Origin: a virus
Virus record (IMG/VR): IMGVR_UViG_3300048114_000266
Span: 1-51,354 of that record
Direction: 5' to 3' (one strand)
DNA length: 51,354 nucleotides
Part shown: positions 8,781-18,803 of the stretch, in pieces
Layout: the number at the start of each line of letters is the position of its first letter
Numbering within the stretch: position 1 is the first letter of the stretch
Position numbers and translations under genes: made by a program
The notes under the pieces: model-generated
Database searches by the model: none
Told to the model about the DNA's origin: nothing
What the model saw: only the letters and a program-made list of their open reading frames with translations

Positions 8781-11528
8781 TTACGTCAAGTGATTAACGT
8801 GGGTGTCGTAGCGGTCTATCCAATCGTATAGCGTGTTTGGCGACACCTTGCCCCGTTCTTCGACGTCGTATTCGTCGGCTTCGACTAACCGCCGATTGAA
8901 TTCCCGAAGCGCGCCCCGCTTCGAACCCGATTCTTCTAAGCATTCACGTAGGAGGTTCGGAACGTGATTGCCCAAGACGTCTTCTAATTCCTGCATACGC
9001 CGCGTGGGGTTCGTCGCCTTCGCGACGCGCTTGACGACGTCCGCATACGTTTCGTCGTGGGCCTTCGACGCTTCGACGGGTTCGACGTTCGCGTCGCCGG
9101 CTTCGAATTGGTCCGCGAAGTCGTCGGCCGACGGCACGTCGACGTCCGGCGCGTCGTCGCCGGTCCCCGGAACCCGCACGAACGTATGCCGTTCGTTCGG
9201 GTGAATCGTATGCTTGCGGAACGATAGGTTATCGAAGTATTCGTCGTGAACGTTCCGTTCAGCGTCGATTAGTTCGGGGAGCGTGACCGGCGTCCCGCCG
9301 TGGTCCGGGTTCGTCATGTCTTTCAGGTCTTCGCACGCGTCGGTCGTGCGACTGTCGTCGGGACCGACCCATTTGAACTTCGCGTCGTCAAGCCCACGGT
9401 CGCGATAGCCTTCTTCGCGCGCTTCGTTCAGTACCTTAGCCGATTCGGTGCGCGCTATCGTTTCCAAGTCGTCGGGGTCCGCACGGGGGAGCGCGTCGCT
9501 AAGATTGTCGACGATTGAATCTAACGACCACCCTTGCGGGTTCGTCAGCGCGTCGCTAAGCGTGTCTTGAATCGTAGTAGCCACACGTCCCGGCACCGAC
9601 GCGAAGTCGCTGAACACGGCCCCACGGTCGACGACGTCTTCTAACGCGGACATGACGAAGTCGGGGACGTCTTCGTCTTCGGCCCACGCCCGCTTTTCTA
9701 TGTCGTCAAGCGACTTCGGGGCTATCTGTCGGTCGAACGCCCGCAACAGCGTCGTGTCTAACTTCGCGACTTCGTCTTTCGTCAGTCGGTCGCGGTCGCC
9801 GTCCCCGTCACTCCCGTTTCCCGAATCACCCTTCGTCGTGGGGCCTTGTTCGACGGCGTCGAAGTCTATGTCGTCGAAGTTAACGCCGTCGTATTTGTCG
9901 ATAAGGTCTTGCACCGTTCCGGGGCCGACGCCGAAGACTTCCGCATGTGGGTCGTGGGTTTCCGGCGGGTTCGGCGGGTAAACGACGTCGCCGCCGTCAG
10001 TATTCCGCGCCCGTTTCACGTCGAAGACGACGCCGCCTTCGTCGGCAAGGTCGTCTAAGAAGCGTTCGAAGTCGCCCGATTCGTGGTCTACCGCTTCCCC
10101 GCCGACGTGATAGGTAAGCGGGACGCCACCCTTCGAACGGTCGACGCGAATGTCGGCTTCGTCGGGGTCGTCGACCGACCCGAATAGGCCACCGCCGCCA
10201 CCGCCACCGCCGACGTCGCCTTCTTCGATTGGTCCGTCTTCGACCACTAACTTGCCGTCGCGGAAGGTGACGTCGCGGCCGGCGTTGGCCATTTCCTTCC
10301 CGGCGGTCGCTTGCGCTTCGATAACGTCGGCGCGCGTCTGACGTTCGTCGGCGGTTTGCTCCCGTTCGAATTCGAAGGCAAGGTCGTCGCTAATTTCGGG
10401 CCACACGTATGCCCGGTTAAGGGCTTCTTCTAATTGGCGAAGGGTGACGCGGAAACCGCGCTGTTTGTATGCTCCTTGCTGGGATTCGTCGGTGGCGCGA
10501 TTGACGTTTTCGAAGTCGAAACCCGCATACGACGGGTTAACCTTGAAGACCGACCCCAAGACCGTGACCCAATACTTCGAACGGTCAAGAATTTGTAGTT
10601 CCTGATAATTGTGATTTATCGCTTCGAAGTTTACGGGCGTCTTCGAATAGCCGACGCGGTGGCGTTCCCCTTCGTCCAAGCGCATGGATTCGACGAAGGT
10701 TTCCCAATCTTCGTCGTTCGGTAGTCCGCCGTAATCGTCTAAGGCTTCCGGGGAAAGGACACCGGGCGGGCCGCCTTGCATTAGGTCTAACCGCTCCTTT
10801 TCTGCAAGTTCTTCTAACAATTCGACTTCGTTTTGGGCCTTTTCTAAGGGGCCTTGCCCATAAAATCGGTCGGGGCGCGACGACCATTCGACCCACACAA
10901 TATCGTTAACGTCGAATTCGTCGGTCTTCTTCCCCTTGCTTTGCGACACTTGCACGAAGCCTTCGGTAATCCCGTGCCGGTCGACTTGCTTGAATAGCGA
11001 CGCGCTGTCGACCGGGACAAGTTCGGCGACTTCGTCACTATCTTCGTAGTAGTGCTTGACAAGCGTCGCGTCGCCCAATTCCAACAGTACCCGCGTCGTC
11101 GCTTCAAGCATGTCGCGGAACGACGCTTGCGCGGGCGGCAATTGCCGCATGTGCCTTTCGACCTTCGCTAAGGCTTCGTCGGAAATGTCGGCGTCTTCGT
11201 CGCGGGGTTTAATCGACCAATTCGCGGCGGCGACGTCTTGCGATAGCGTGTCGATATAGGCTTGCACGACGGCGTTCGCGGATATGTCGCGCAAGAAGAC
11301 GGGGTCGTAGGGCTTCGTCTTGGCGTTACCCTGAACGGCGTCGCGAACGTCGTCGTTTACGTTCACGCGCCGGTTAATATCACCTCCCTTTTCCGCTGTT
11401 TCCGGGGAATTGTACCGCTTGCGGCGTCGTGACCGGACCCGCTGACGGCGTTCGCGACCGCTACGGGCGTCGCCGCCGTCCGCGAAGGGTGACGTAATCC
11501 CCTTGACAAATTTACTAAGGCGCGACAT
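8781..11528 (-). CDS. Portal protein fused to a MuF/SPP1-gp7-like head morphogenesis domain
   Basis: ORF track, 915 aa, ATG at 11528. C-terminal half carries IARTESAKV, WVGPDDSRTTDACEDL and HPNERHTF; a Gly8 tract (around 10186-10215) separates the halves. Confidence 0.6.
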   Translation of the reverse strand: MSRLSKFVKGITSPFADGGDARSGRERRQRVRSRRRKRYNSPETAEKGGDINRRVNVNDDVRDAVQGNAKTKPYDPVFLRDISANAVVQAYIDTLSQDVAAANWSIKPRDEDADISDEALAKVERHMRQLPPAQASFRDMLEATTRVLLELGDATLVKHYYEDSDEVAELVPVDSASLFKQVDRHGITEGFVQVSQSKGKKTDEFDVNDIVWVEWSSRPDRFYGQGPLEKAQNEVELLEELAEKERLDLMQGGPPGVLSPEALDDYGGLPNDEDWETFVESMRLDEGERHRVGYSKTPVNFEAINHNYQELQILDRSKYWVTVLGSVFKVNPSYAGFDFENVNRATDESQQGAYKQRGFRVTLRQLEEALNRAYVWPEISDDLAFEFEREQTADERQTRADVIEAQATAGKEMANAGRDVTFRDGKLVVEDGPIEEGDVGGGGGGGGLFGSVDDPDEADIRVDRSKGGVPLTYHVGGEAVDHESGDFERFLDDLADEGGVVFDVKRARNTDGGDVVYPPNPPETHDPHAEVFGVGPGTVQDLIDKYDGVNFDDIDFDAVEQGPTTKGDSGNGSDGDGDRDRLTKDEVAKLDTTLLRAFDRQIAPKSLDDIEKRAWAEDEDVPDFVMSALEDVVDRGAVFSDFASVPGRVATTIQDTLSDALTNPQGWSLDSIVDNLSDALPRADPDDLETIARTESAKVLNEAREEGYRDRGLDDAKFKWVGPDDSRTTDACEDLKDMTNPDHGGTPVTLPELIDAERNVHDEYFDNLSFRKHTIHPNERHTFVRVPGTGDDAPDVDVPSADDFADQFEAGDANVEPVEASKAHDETYADVVKRVAKATNPTRRMQELEDVLGNHVPNLLRECLEESGSKRGALREFNRRLVEADEYDVEERGKVSPNTLYDWIDRYDTHVNHLT

Positions 11529-11565
11529 TCGTTATTTCCCCAATCCCGACGCGAACGCTTTAAAC

Positions 11566-12597
11566 TTAGTCACGCTGTCTTTCCGCCGATTCGACGTCGC
11601 TGTCGTGGGTACAATCCCCGAATACATGATAGTAGTACGTCCCTTTCGTCACGTCGCAACGGTCGATAACAGACGATACAGGTTCGTCACCGCGCCCCTT
11701 GTGTTCGCGCCGTAGTGTCTCACACTTCGACTTCGTCACCCGGTCGACGTCGGGATTCGGGGCGTCGCCACCGTGTAGACACCGCCCGAAAACGTGCCGC
11801 CGAATCGACGATTCGTCGCGTTCCATGTCGCCGGCTAACGCCGCGACCGGAACGCCGCCGCGATAGCGGGCGCGCAAGCGGTCGCATTCGGCCTTTTCTA
11901 TCGGACCCGGCGCGTTGGGTTCGGCCGGCGCGACGTCGACGTCACCGTGCCCACACGCGCCCGTAGCGTGCCGGTGGGCCGTGCCGGTCCCGACAAGACA
12001 CGCACGGGCGACGTCGGCAATCGTCACGCTGTCGTTCCGCCGATAGGTGCGCCGTATTCGGGCACACGTTTCCGCTCCTAATTCGTCGCGGCCGTAGTCG
12101 TTCGGGAAGTCGTGGTCGCACCGACCGAAGACGTGTCGGTTCACCGCGTTAGACGAACGGTAAAATTCGTCGCGAAGGTCGTCGACAGACGCGCCTTCGC
12201 GGAACGTTTCGCGCAAGCCCCGGCATTCCGACCGCGTGATTCGGGGCGACGTCGTCGCGTCGACGGGCGTGTCGTGGGCGCACCCGCCGGTCGCATGTCG
12301 GAAGACGACCGACGGGTGTAGGTCGGGATACGTGTCGACGACGTCTTTGGTCCGGTCGGCGTCGGCCATGTCTTGACGTATAGCCGCGCATTCTTCGACC
12401 GTCAGCCCGTCGACGACCGCGTCGGGGTCGCCGTTAGATACGTACCCGCGAATCGCGTCGGGGTCGCGGTCGTCGCGGTCGACGCGGGCGTATCTGACAA
12501 TCGCTTCGGCTTGGTCGCGACTAAAGTCAGTCCGCGACGACAGCGTGTCGACCCGGTCGACGTCGCCGGGAGTTAGTTCGACGTCGTCTAAATCCAT
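11566..12597 (-). CDS. Protein built from five tandem Cys/His modules
   Basis: ORF track, 343 aa. Five repeats with the pattern C-x2-(I/L)R ... H-x3-G-x-C-x-H, for example HATGGCAHD, HVFGRCDHD, HATGACGHG, HVFGRCLHG, HVFGDCTHD. Confidence 0.55.
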   Translation of the reverse strand: MDLDDVELTPGDVDRVDTLSSRTDFSRDQAEAIVRYARVDRDDRDPDAIRGYVSNGDPDAVVDGLTVEECAAIRQDMADADRTKDVVDTYPDLHPSVVFRHATGGCAHDTPVDATTSPRITRSECRGLRETFREGASVDDLRDEFYRSSNAVNRHVFGRCDHDFPNDYGRDELGAETCARIRRTYRRNDSVTIADVARACLVGTGTAHRHATGACGHGDVDVAPAEPNAPGPIEKAECDRLRARYRGGVPVAALAGDMERDESSIRRHVFGRCLHGGDAPNPDVDRVTKSKCETLRREHKGRGDEPVSSVIDRCDVTKGTYYYHVFGDCTHDSDVESAERQRD

Positions 12598-12600
12598 TCG

Positions 12601-12900
12601 TCACGTCTGACAGTCGGCACAAATCTTGTCGTGATTCGCGTGCCGTTTGGCCGTCGGGAGTAAGCACCGCTTACACCGGATTACCGTAGGTTGCCCACCT
12701 TCGAAGACGTCGTCGCCGAATCGAAGTAACATTTCGGCGTGGTCTTGGCAGATATACGCCCGGTGGCCCGCCGTTCGGAACACGAACGTCACGGCTTCGT
12801 TCCCACACACGGCGTCGGTCGGGCCGTCAGCCCCGACGGGAGGTTCGCCGCATGTCGAATCAATCGCGTCGGTATCGACCCCGTAGTCGTCGCTTCCCAT
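12601..12900 (-). CDS. Small zinc-finger protein
   Basis: ORF track, 99 aa, several Cys pairs (CGEP, CGNE, CQDH, CKRC, CADC). Confidence 0.45.
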   Translation of the reverse strand: MGSDDYGVDTDAIDSTCGEPPVGADGPTDAVCGNEAVTFVFRTAGHRAYICQDHAEMLLRFGDDVFEGGQPTVIRCKRCLLPTAKRHANHDKICADCQT

Positions 12901-12942
12901 GCGGCGAAATGTCGGTCACAAGACGAAAAGCGTGCCGGTGGA

Positions 12943-13194
12943 TTAGTCGACGTCGAACGCGACGTCTACCGAATCGCACCCGTGGCATAGGCCGCCGTTA
13001 ACCCGTTCGTTTACGGCCAAGTAGAAGGCCGGCCGCGTCGTCGGAACCTGAATCGGGCCGTCGCATTCGCCACACGAAAGCGCGTCTTCGCTGACGGTGA
13101 CGACTTCCGGGCCGACGCTGACGTCGAATTCGCACCCGTAGGCAAGGGCTACCGCAAGCCCGCCCGAATCGAATAGGTCGTCGACGGCCGTCAT
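12943..13194 (-). CDS. Small Cys-containing protein
   Basis: Internal ATG at 13194 of ORF track 12943..13419 (the N-terminal part is Arg-rich and likely spurious); start overlaps the upstream stop; contains CGEC and CHGC. Confidence 0.4.
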   Translation of the reverse strand: MTAVDDLFDSGGLAVALAYGCEFDVSVGPEVVTVSEDALSCGECDGPIQVPTTRPAFYLAVNERVNGGLCHGCDSVDVAFDVD

Positions 13195-13751
13195 TACCGA
13201 CACGGAACGCGGTCGAAGTCGGCCCGCCCGTCCGATTCTTCGCCGCAATTCACGCACCGCGCGGTCGTGTGACCGTTCTGCAAGATTATGTAGTGTCCCT
13301 TGAACGGGAAGGCGCTGTCGACGTGAATGTCGTGGGGCTTCAAGCCGGCGTCTTCGACCGGCTTGCGCCCGTCCAAGTATTGCAGTAGCGCGGCGACGTG
13401 AACGCTGTCGACTTGCCACGTTTCCGATTGGAACGCAATACGCGCGTCGGCGACGTCGGCGTAAGCGGTGAATAGGCGGACCCTACTGTCGCCTTCGTGT
13501 TTCGACACGCCGGCCGGAACGACAATTTCCAAGCCGTCAAGCCGGCGTCTGAACCTCCATTCGTCGGCGTCGCGGTCGACCGGGTTCGATTCGACCGTGC
13601 CGTGTTCGACGGCCGCCTTCGCAAGCGCCCGATTCACCGGGCGGCGGTCGTGCGACACCCGAAAGTCGAAGTGGTCCGTCTTGTCGTAAGCCGCGAAGTC
13701 ACGCGGCGGGTCGCTGGGGTCCGGGGCGTTGGTCATGGGTGCGCTTGCCAT
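13194..13751 (-). CDS. Hypothetical protein
   Basis: ORF track, 185 aa, ATG at 13751 three nt after the upstream stop (alternative ATG 13736). Confidence 0.5.
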   Translation of the reverse strand: MASAPMTNAPDPSDPPRDFAAYDKTDHFDFRVSHDRRPVNRALAKAAVEHGTVESNPVDRDADEWRFRRRLDGLEIVVPAGVSKHEGDSRVRLFTAYADVADARIAFQSETWQVDSVHVAALLQYLDGRKPVEDAGLKPHDIHVDSAFPFKGHYIILQNGHTTARCVNCGEESDGRADFDRVPCR

Positions 13752-13754
13752 ATC

Positions 13755-14174
13755 TTAATCCCCCGACGTGTTTGCTTTATCGGTGCCGGTGTCTTCGCCC
13801 CAATCGTCACCGTACCGCATTTTCCGGGCGAACGACTTCGACGCGCCGTTCTTTGAGTTTTGTTTTTTGACTTCGTCGCGGTCGTAGCACCGACGGCACC
13901 GACCGCGATTTTCGACGCGGGAAAGTTCGCGAAGTACCCATTCAGTCCCGCCGCTATGTTCGACCTTGCACGCGGGCCGTGGGTGGGCGTCGTCGTGGGC
14001 TTCGGGCACGACGTTCCCGTCGTCGTCGTAGAAGACGACGTCGCCGTCGTCGTCAGTTTCGGGAACGTGAACGTCGCGGCTATGCTGGGACCGGACACGC
14101 ACGGCTACTTCTTCGCCGTCGTGATAGACGTCGGTAGCGATACTGTCGTCGGCGGTGGCGTGTGTGGTTGCCAT
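13755..14174 (-). CDS. Hypothetical acidic protein
   Basis: ORF track, 139 aa, ATG at 14174 preceded by a leader-cassette variant. Confidence 0.55.
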   Translation of the reverse strand: MATTHATADDSIATDVYHDGEEVAVRVRSQHSRDVHVPETDDDGDVVFYDDDGNVVPEAHDDAHPRPACKVEHSGGTEWVLRELSRVENRGRCRRCYDRDEVKKQNSKNGASKSFARKMRYGDDWGEDTGTDKANTSGD

Positions 14175-14230
14175 AGGTTCGCACCGTTAGCCCCTTCGTA
14201 ACCCCGGTATAAAATAGTGTCGCCGTTGGT
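14175..14230 (-). promoter_or_regulatory. Promoter-leader cassette (variant)
   Basis: Gene-strand order cgacact-ATTTTATA ... ggtgcgaacc-t-ATG. Confidence 0.5.
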
Positions 14231-14251
14231 TTGGTCGGTGTTAACCGAAGC

Positions 14252-14647
14252 CTACGGTCCCGAATTCGATTCGCCGACGCCCTTCGGAACTTCGAATTCG
14301 TCTTCGAATTCCGACCACGGGAGCGCGAACACGCGCCACTTGTCCGGCGGTTCGACGTCGCCACGGCCGACGTTCCGATACACCGCGAAGCCGTTCATGC
14401 TCCCCAGCACTTCGACCCGTTCCCCGGTGGATTCGCGGGACAAGACCATGCCGATTAGCGCGTCGACGTAGTCGGCGAAGTCGTGGGGTCGTTCGTGTTC
14501 GCCTTCGTCGCCGAAGTCGCCACGGAAGACGAACATTTCGCCGTCGTCTTCGTGGGCGATTGCTTGGACGTCGGCCGACGGGACCGTGATTTGCGCTTCG
14601 GCGTCGGCCGGGCGGCCGTCCGGGTCGTCTTCGAAGTCGTCAGTCAT
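14252..14647 (-). CDS. Hypothetical acidic protein
   Basis: Internal ATG at 14647 of ORF track 14252..14746, 5 nt from the upstream stop; begins MTDDFEDD. Confidence 0.5.
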   Translation of the reverse strand: MTDDFEDDPDGRPADAEAQITVPSADVQAIAHEDDGEMFVFRGDFGDEGEHERPHDFADYVDALIGMVLSRESTGERVEVLGSMNGFAVYRNVGRGDVEPPDKWRVFALPWSEFEDEFEVPKGVGESNSGP

Positions 14648-15356
14648 GGCTTTCACCCGCGTCGAAGTCGCCAAGTTCCCCGTCGTCGCTGTTTTGGGTA
14701 ACTGTCGTCGAAATTCCGGGGTCGCCACTTTCACTTTCACTTTCACCGCGCGGGGTTCCGGTGTCGGGGTCGACGTCAGCGAAGTCGATAACGACGTCGT
14801 GTTCGAAGTCGTCGGGGTCGTGGCCCGCCGCTTCTAACGCTCCCCGTGTTCGGTCTTCGCCGAAGACGTTTACCGCGACGTTCGCGACGGCTTGGGCCGC
14901 CGGCCCGTCGGTATGTCTTAGTATCCGCGTCAGCGTTTCGTCGGTGAATGAGTCTTCGCGGTGGCGTTCCGAATCGAAGTAGTATTCGACCGGCACGCGG
15001 ACAAGGCGACCGCGCGGATAGTCGTAGGACTTCGCCCCCGCCGACGTCCGAATGTCTTCGACTGTCGTCGGCAAGAAGGCGCATTCGAAGATAGTGTCGT
15101 CGGGCGACACGGGGAGAAATGGGTGGGCCTTGTAGGTGGTCAAGTCGAAGTCGTTGCTGTCGAAGTAGTCGACCGCCGTGAACGCCGCCACGCGCCACAC
15201 GTATAGCGGCCGATTCTTGACCAAGTCGATAACGACGTCGCCCCGTCGAATGTCGGACGGGAACGCGTCGACGTTTTCTTGCAGTATGCTCCTTGCGTCA
15301 CGTTCGGCGTCGTCGAATGACTTGTCGACAGCGCCTTCCGGTTCGTGGCTTGTCAT
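14640..15356 (-). CDS. Hypothetical protein
   Basis: ORF track, 238 aa. Confidence 0.55.
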   Translation of the reverse strand: MTSHEPEGAVDKSFDDAERDARSILQENVDAFPSDIRRGDVVIDLVKNRPLYVWRVAAFTAVDYFDSNDFDLTTYKAHPFLPVSPDDTIFECAFLPTTVEDIRTSAGAKSYDYPRGRLVRVPVEYYFDSERHREDSFTDETLTRILRHTDGPAAQAVANVAVNVFGEDRTRGALEAAGHDPDDFEHDVVIDFADVDPDTGTPRGESESESGDPGISTTVTQNSDDGELGDFDAGESHD

Positions 15357-15443
15357 GGTTCGGTCGGTCGCGTCGGTCGCGACGCTGTCGACTTCGCCGG
15401 GTGGGTTTGAAAGCGTGTCGGTAGTAAACCGATTGGTGGAGGG

Positions 15444-15641
15444 TTATTCTAAGTCGGCGCGCCGGACAAGACACCCGGACAAGCCGGATTGGCCTTGGCT
15501 GTTAGGGTCGCAAACCCAAGTCCCGGTCGCGCCACATTCGACGCACCGATACTTTCCGGTTCCGCCACGAACCGTTATTCGCTCATACACTTCTTCGACT
15601 TCCCCACCGCATTCGCAAACGAAGCCGTGTTCGTCGGACAT
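15444..15641 (-). CDS. Mini zinc-ribbon protein
   Basis: ORF track, 65 aa, CEC...CVEC pairs. Confidence 0.45.
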   Translation of the reverse strand: MSDEHGFVCECGGEVEEVYERITVRGGTGKYRCVECGATGTWVCDPNSQGQSGLSGCLVRRADLE

Positions 15642-15642
15642 T

Positions 15643-16020
15643 CTACCGGCCCCCGTAATTCGGGAAGCGTTTTTCCATTAGTTCGGCAAAGCGTTCGCGG
15701 GCATAGGCCCCCCAATCCCGACCGTCGTGTTCGACGACGTCGGTGTCGGAACCGATTAGGTCGAAGTCGTGGTCGTGCGAATCCGACTTTCGCCAACCAC
15801 CTTCGACGTCGCGGTCGTTCCGTGCGTCGCGGTAAGGGTATTGGTAATACCATTCTTCGCGGTAAACCCGAAGCGACCGCGTGTCGGCGTCGCGAACGAA
15901 CTTTTCGACCACGACGTCACTTTCAGTCTTCGCCAGCATTACGACGACGCCGTCGCGGGGTCGGTATTCGTATAGGCGGGCGCAGGTATTTTCTCCCGGC
16001 GTTGCGGTTTCTTGTGGCAT
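15643..16020 (-). CDS. Hypothetical protein
   Basis: ORF track, 125 aa, ATG at 16020 directly preceded by the promoter-leader cassette. Confidence 0.55.
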   Translation of the reverse strand: MPQETATPGENTCARLYEYRPRDGVVVMLAKTESDVVVEKFVRDADTRSLRVYREEWYYQYPYRDARNDRDVEGGWRKSDSHDHDFDLIGSDTDVVEHDGRDWGAYARERFAELMEKRFPNYGGR

Positions 16021-16075
16021 GGGTTCGCACCTACTACCCCCTAACTGCCATACGTACTTAAGCCTGTCGGCGTTA
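16021..16075 (-). promoter_or_regulatory. Promoter-leader cassette
   Basis: Gene-strand gccgacagg-CTTAAGTA-cgtatggcagttagggggtagtaggtgcgaaccc-ATG. Confidence 0.6.
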
Positions 16076-16293
16076 CACTACACTTCCCGAACCCACATGA
16101 CGCGACATTCGTAACCTTCCGACACTTTGGACATAATCCAATCTACTTGTGAATTGCTAAGGGCGTCGCGGCCTTTCGGTTTAATGCCGACAGGTTTATT
16201 ACCGTGGGGTGCGTATCTACACCCGGACACCGACGCGGTGGCCCGGCGACCCGTCCGACCGGCGTGGTCGTCGACGACAGCAAACCCGTGACC

Positions 16294-16725
16294 ATGACGA
16301 CCAACTACGACGACCTACGACACCGTATCGGCGTATTGCGCGGCGGCCAACTATCGGTAAAAGTCCCGGCCGACGTCATTCCCGAAGTTAACGACGCCCA
16401 TTCGTTCCGTACCATATCGGAACGGGAAGGCGAAGACGGCGTCGTGACCGTGACGCTTGAAGAAGGGTTTACGCGCTTGGAGGTTCACGGCGTGACCGCC
16501 GTCTTCGACGGCTATCGCTACTTCCCGCGTGACCCCGACACCGTCGACTACGACCTTCGGGGCGACGTCGGCGACGCGAAGGTCGGCTTCGAAAGTGACG
16601 ACGGCCACGCCCCACTAACCGAAGACGTCCAAACCATGCACCCGGTTCGGAACATGACCGTTCATAGCCTTGTGAACGGCTTCGAACGCGGGAACGTCGA
16701 ACCGCTCCCGAAGCGGAACGACTGA
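16294..16725 (+). CDS. Hypothetical protein
   Basis: First ATG (16294) of ORF track 16204..16725; upstream gccgacagg-TTTATTA at 16185-16200 resembles the shared BRE/TATA. Confidence 0.5.
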   Translation: MTTNYDDLRHRIGVLRGGQLSVKVPADVIPEVNDAHSFRTISEREGEDGVVTVTLEEGFTRLEVHGVTAVFDGYRYFPRDPDTVDYDLRGDVGDAKVGFESDDGHAPLTEDVQTMHPVRNMTVHSLVNGFERGNVEPLPKRND

Positions 16726-16768
16726 CGTCAGCGCCCCCGCTCTTTCCTCCTTGACCGCGTAGCGACGG

Positions 16769-18244
16769 CTATGCCTTGTCGACGTGCGACGACGTCGACG
16801 ACCCCGAAGACGACGACCGGCGGCTTTCCGTATAGATAGCGTACCGAAGCGCGTCGGCCGCGTGGTCGTCGACGTCGCTACCGCCGACGTCTTCTTCGGT
16901 GTAGCCAAGCAATTCCTTCCGCGTTTCTTCGCACCGTTCAGCGACCAACAGCCCCGGCCGACCGTCGGCGTCTTCCCGAAGTCGATACCGGACTTCGTCA
17001 ATCCCGGCGTCGACTGACTTGTCGGCCTTGCCCGCTTTCCACCCGCGCGACCGCATTTTCTGAATGTCGCCGGGTTCGTGTTCGGAATGGATTCGGCCGC
17101 TTGGCTTGTCTGAAAGCCAATATTCGTCGTGTCGCGGCCCGCCGATTATGTCTTCGACGTGCGTCCCCGAACGGTAAAATTCGTCTACGACGATATATTG
17201 CCCGGCGTGGGTCTTCGCTATTTCAAGCATGACGCGGGGGTCGTCCCACCCGGCGTCGTAGCCATACATGCGCCACGACCCGCCGATTGCCGTATCGTAT
17301 TCGGGGATTGTCCCGTCGGATTCGACGTCGACGACGTGACTATGCCGGCGGAAGTCCGAATACACACGGCCTTCGTCGGCTTCGAATGACCCGTGTAGTG
17401 CTTGGTTTTCCCTCCCCGTTCCGCCGTGAATCCGCCGGATTCGCGCCCGGTCGTCTTCCGTTAGGAATGGGTTATTATCGGTCGACGCGGTGATTAACTT
17501 CGTCCGAATGTTCAGCGTATTTCCGTCGGCGGGGTCGACACCTTGTTCTAAAATGTCCCATGCGTCGTTAAACCCGTTCCCGGTCGTCGTGATTAGGATA
17601 CAGCGCGGGCCGGCGGGCTTGTAGTCTAAGCGTTCGCCTATCGTCTTCCGAACGCCGTTCAGGTCGTCGTAATATGCGGCTTCGTCAAGCCACGCGAATG
17701 AGAATTTGCCACCGTCGTAGCGGTTCGGCTTGTCGGCCGACGCCAAGATAATGACCGACCCGTTTATCAGCGTGATTACGCCGTCTTGTTTGCTGAACGA
17801 CCGGACGATTGGGGAGTTTTCCGGGTCGCCGTCGCCCAAGAATGGGTCTAAATTCTCCCCCGGAAGTTCTTCGAAAAGGACGGGGTACGTCGTCTTTTTC
17901 GATTCGGCGTAGGTCTTCCCCATAGCCAAGACGCGCGCCGGGGCGAAGTCGTTCGCCAAAGCGACTTCGATACAGGTTCGCGCCCCGGTGACTGACTTCC
18001 CCGAACGGTAGCCGGCGACTATGCCGATAATGTCGAAGTCCCCGGAATAGACGGCCGTCCGCGCTTCCCGCTGGGGTTTCCAAAACGCCCACGTAATATC
18101 TATGTCAGTCCCGTCGACGTCGACGACCGCGCCTTCGCGCCGTAGAAGTTCGACGTCTTCGTCGGATAGGTCGGCCGCGCCCGGCGCGAATATCGGCGTG
18201 CCGTCGGGCGCTGTTAGCCGCGTCGGTTCGGAAGTCGTCGACAT
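16769..18244 (-). CDS. terL: Terminase large subunit
   Basis: ORF track, 491 aa; Walker A GYRSGKS, Walker B-like WLDEAAYY, C-terminal acidic nuclease-like region ending DHAADALRYA. Confidence 0.8.
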   Translation of the reverse strand: MSTTSEPTRLTAPDGTPIFAPGAADLSDEDVELLRREGAVVDVDGTDIDITWAFWKPQREARTAVYSGDFDIIGIVAGYRSGKSVTGARTCIEVALANDFAPARVLAMGKTYAESKKTTYPVLFEELPGENLDPFLGDGDPENSPIVRSFSKQDGVITLINGSVIILASADKPNRYDGGKFSFAWLDEAAYYDDLNGVRKTIGERLDYKPAGPRCILITTTGNGFNDAWDILEQGVDPADGNTLNIRTKLITASTDNNPFLTEDDRARIRRIHGGTGRENQALHGSFEADEGRVYSDFRRHSHVVDVESDGTIPEYDTAIGGSWRMYGYDAGWDDPRVMLEIAKTHAGQYIVVDEFYRSGTHVEDIIGGPRHDEYWLSDKPSGRIHSEHEPGDIQKMRSRGWKAGKADKSVDAGIDEVRYRLREDADGRPGLLVAERCEETRKELLGYTEEDVGGSDVDDHAADALRYAIYTESRRSSSSGSSTSSHVDKA

Positions 18245-18507
18245 ACTGTCGAATCACGCACGTTCAAGGTTAGTCGTTTCGGACGTTCGACCACGCACGA
18301 CCGACCACGGCCCCGACGACGAACGTAGCGCCCGCATAAGCGGCTTCGGTTCGGGCTTGTGCTACGTGTCCCGTTCGGTCGGCCGGCCCGAACACGCCGA
18401 CCACGGCCGCCCGTGCGACGTCGCTGTCGGCGGACGCCCCGAACGCGAAGCCGGCGAAGAAGCCGACGACTGACGAATGCCATTCGGGGACCGACGGCGG
18501 GAAGAAC

Positions 18508-18771
18508 TTACCCACCCTTGCCACCGCCGACGACGGCGTCTTTGGCCGCGCTGAATGCTCCCCGACCGAACGCCCACACGACGGCGGTCGTAATCGCAAG
18601 CGCGTCGGTCGTGGCTAACCATAGGGGCACCTTCTTCCCTTGCCACACGTAGGCGAACGTCGTCACTATCGCGAACGCGACAAGCGCGCCGGCTATCCAA
18701 TCGTTCGTATAGGGGTGGCGCGTCGACGACGAATTCGTTTCCCCGTCCGATTCGTCAGCGTCGTCGTTCAT
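18508..18771 (-). CDS. Small membrane protein
   Basis: Internal ATG at 18771 of ORF track 18508..19272 (upstream part is Arg-rich, likely spurious); two hydrophobic helices. Confidence 0.4.
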   Translation of the reverse strand: MNDDADESDGETNSSSTRHPYTNDWIAGALVAFAIVTTFAYVWQGKKVPLWLATTDALAITTAVVWAFGRGAFSAAKDAVVGGGKGG

Positions 18772-18803
18772 ACCGAACGGGAAGCGGCCGCGAAGGAAAT
18801 AGG

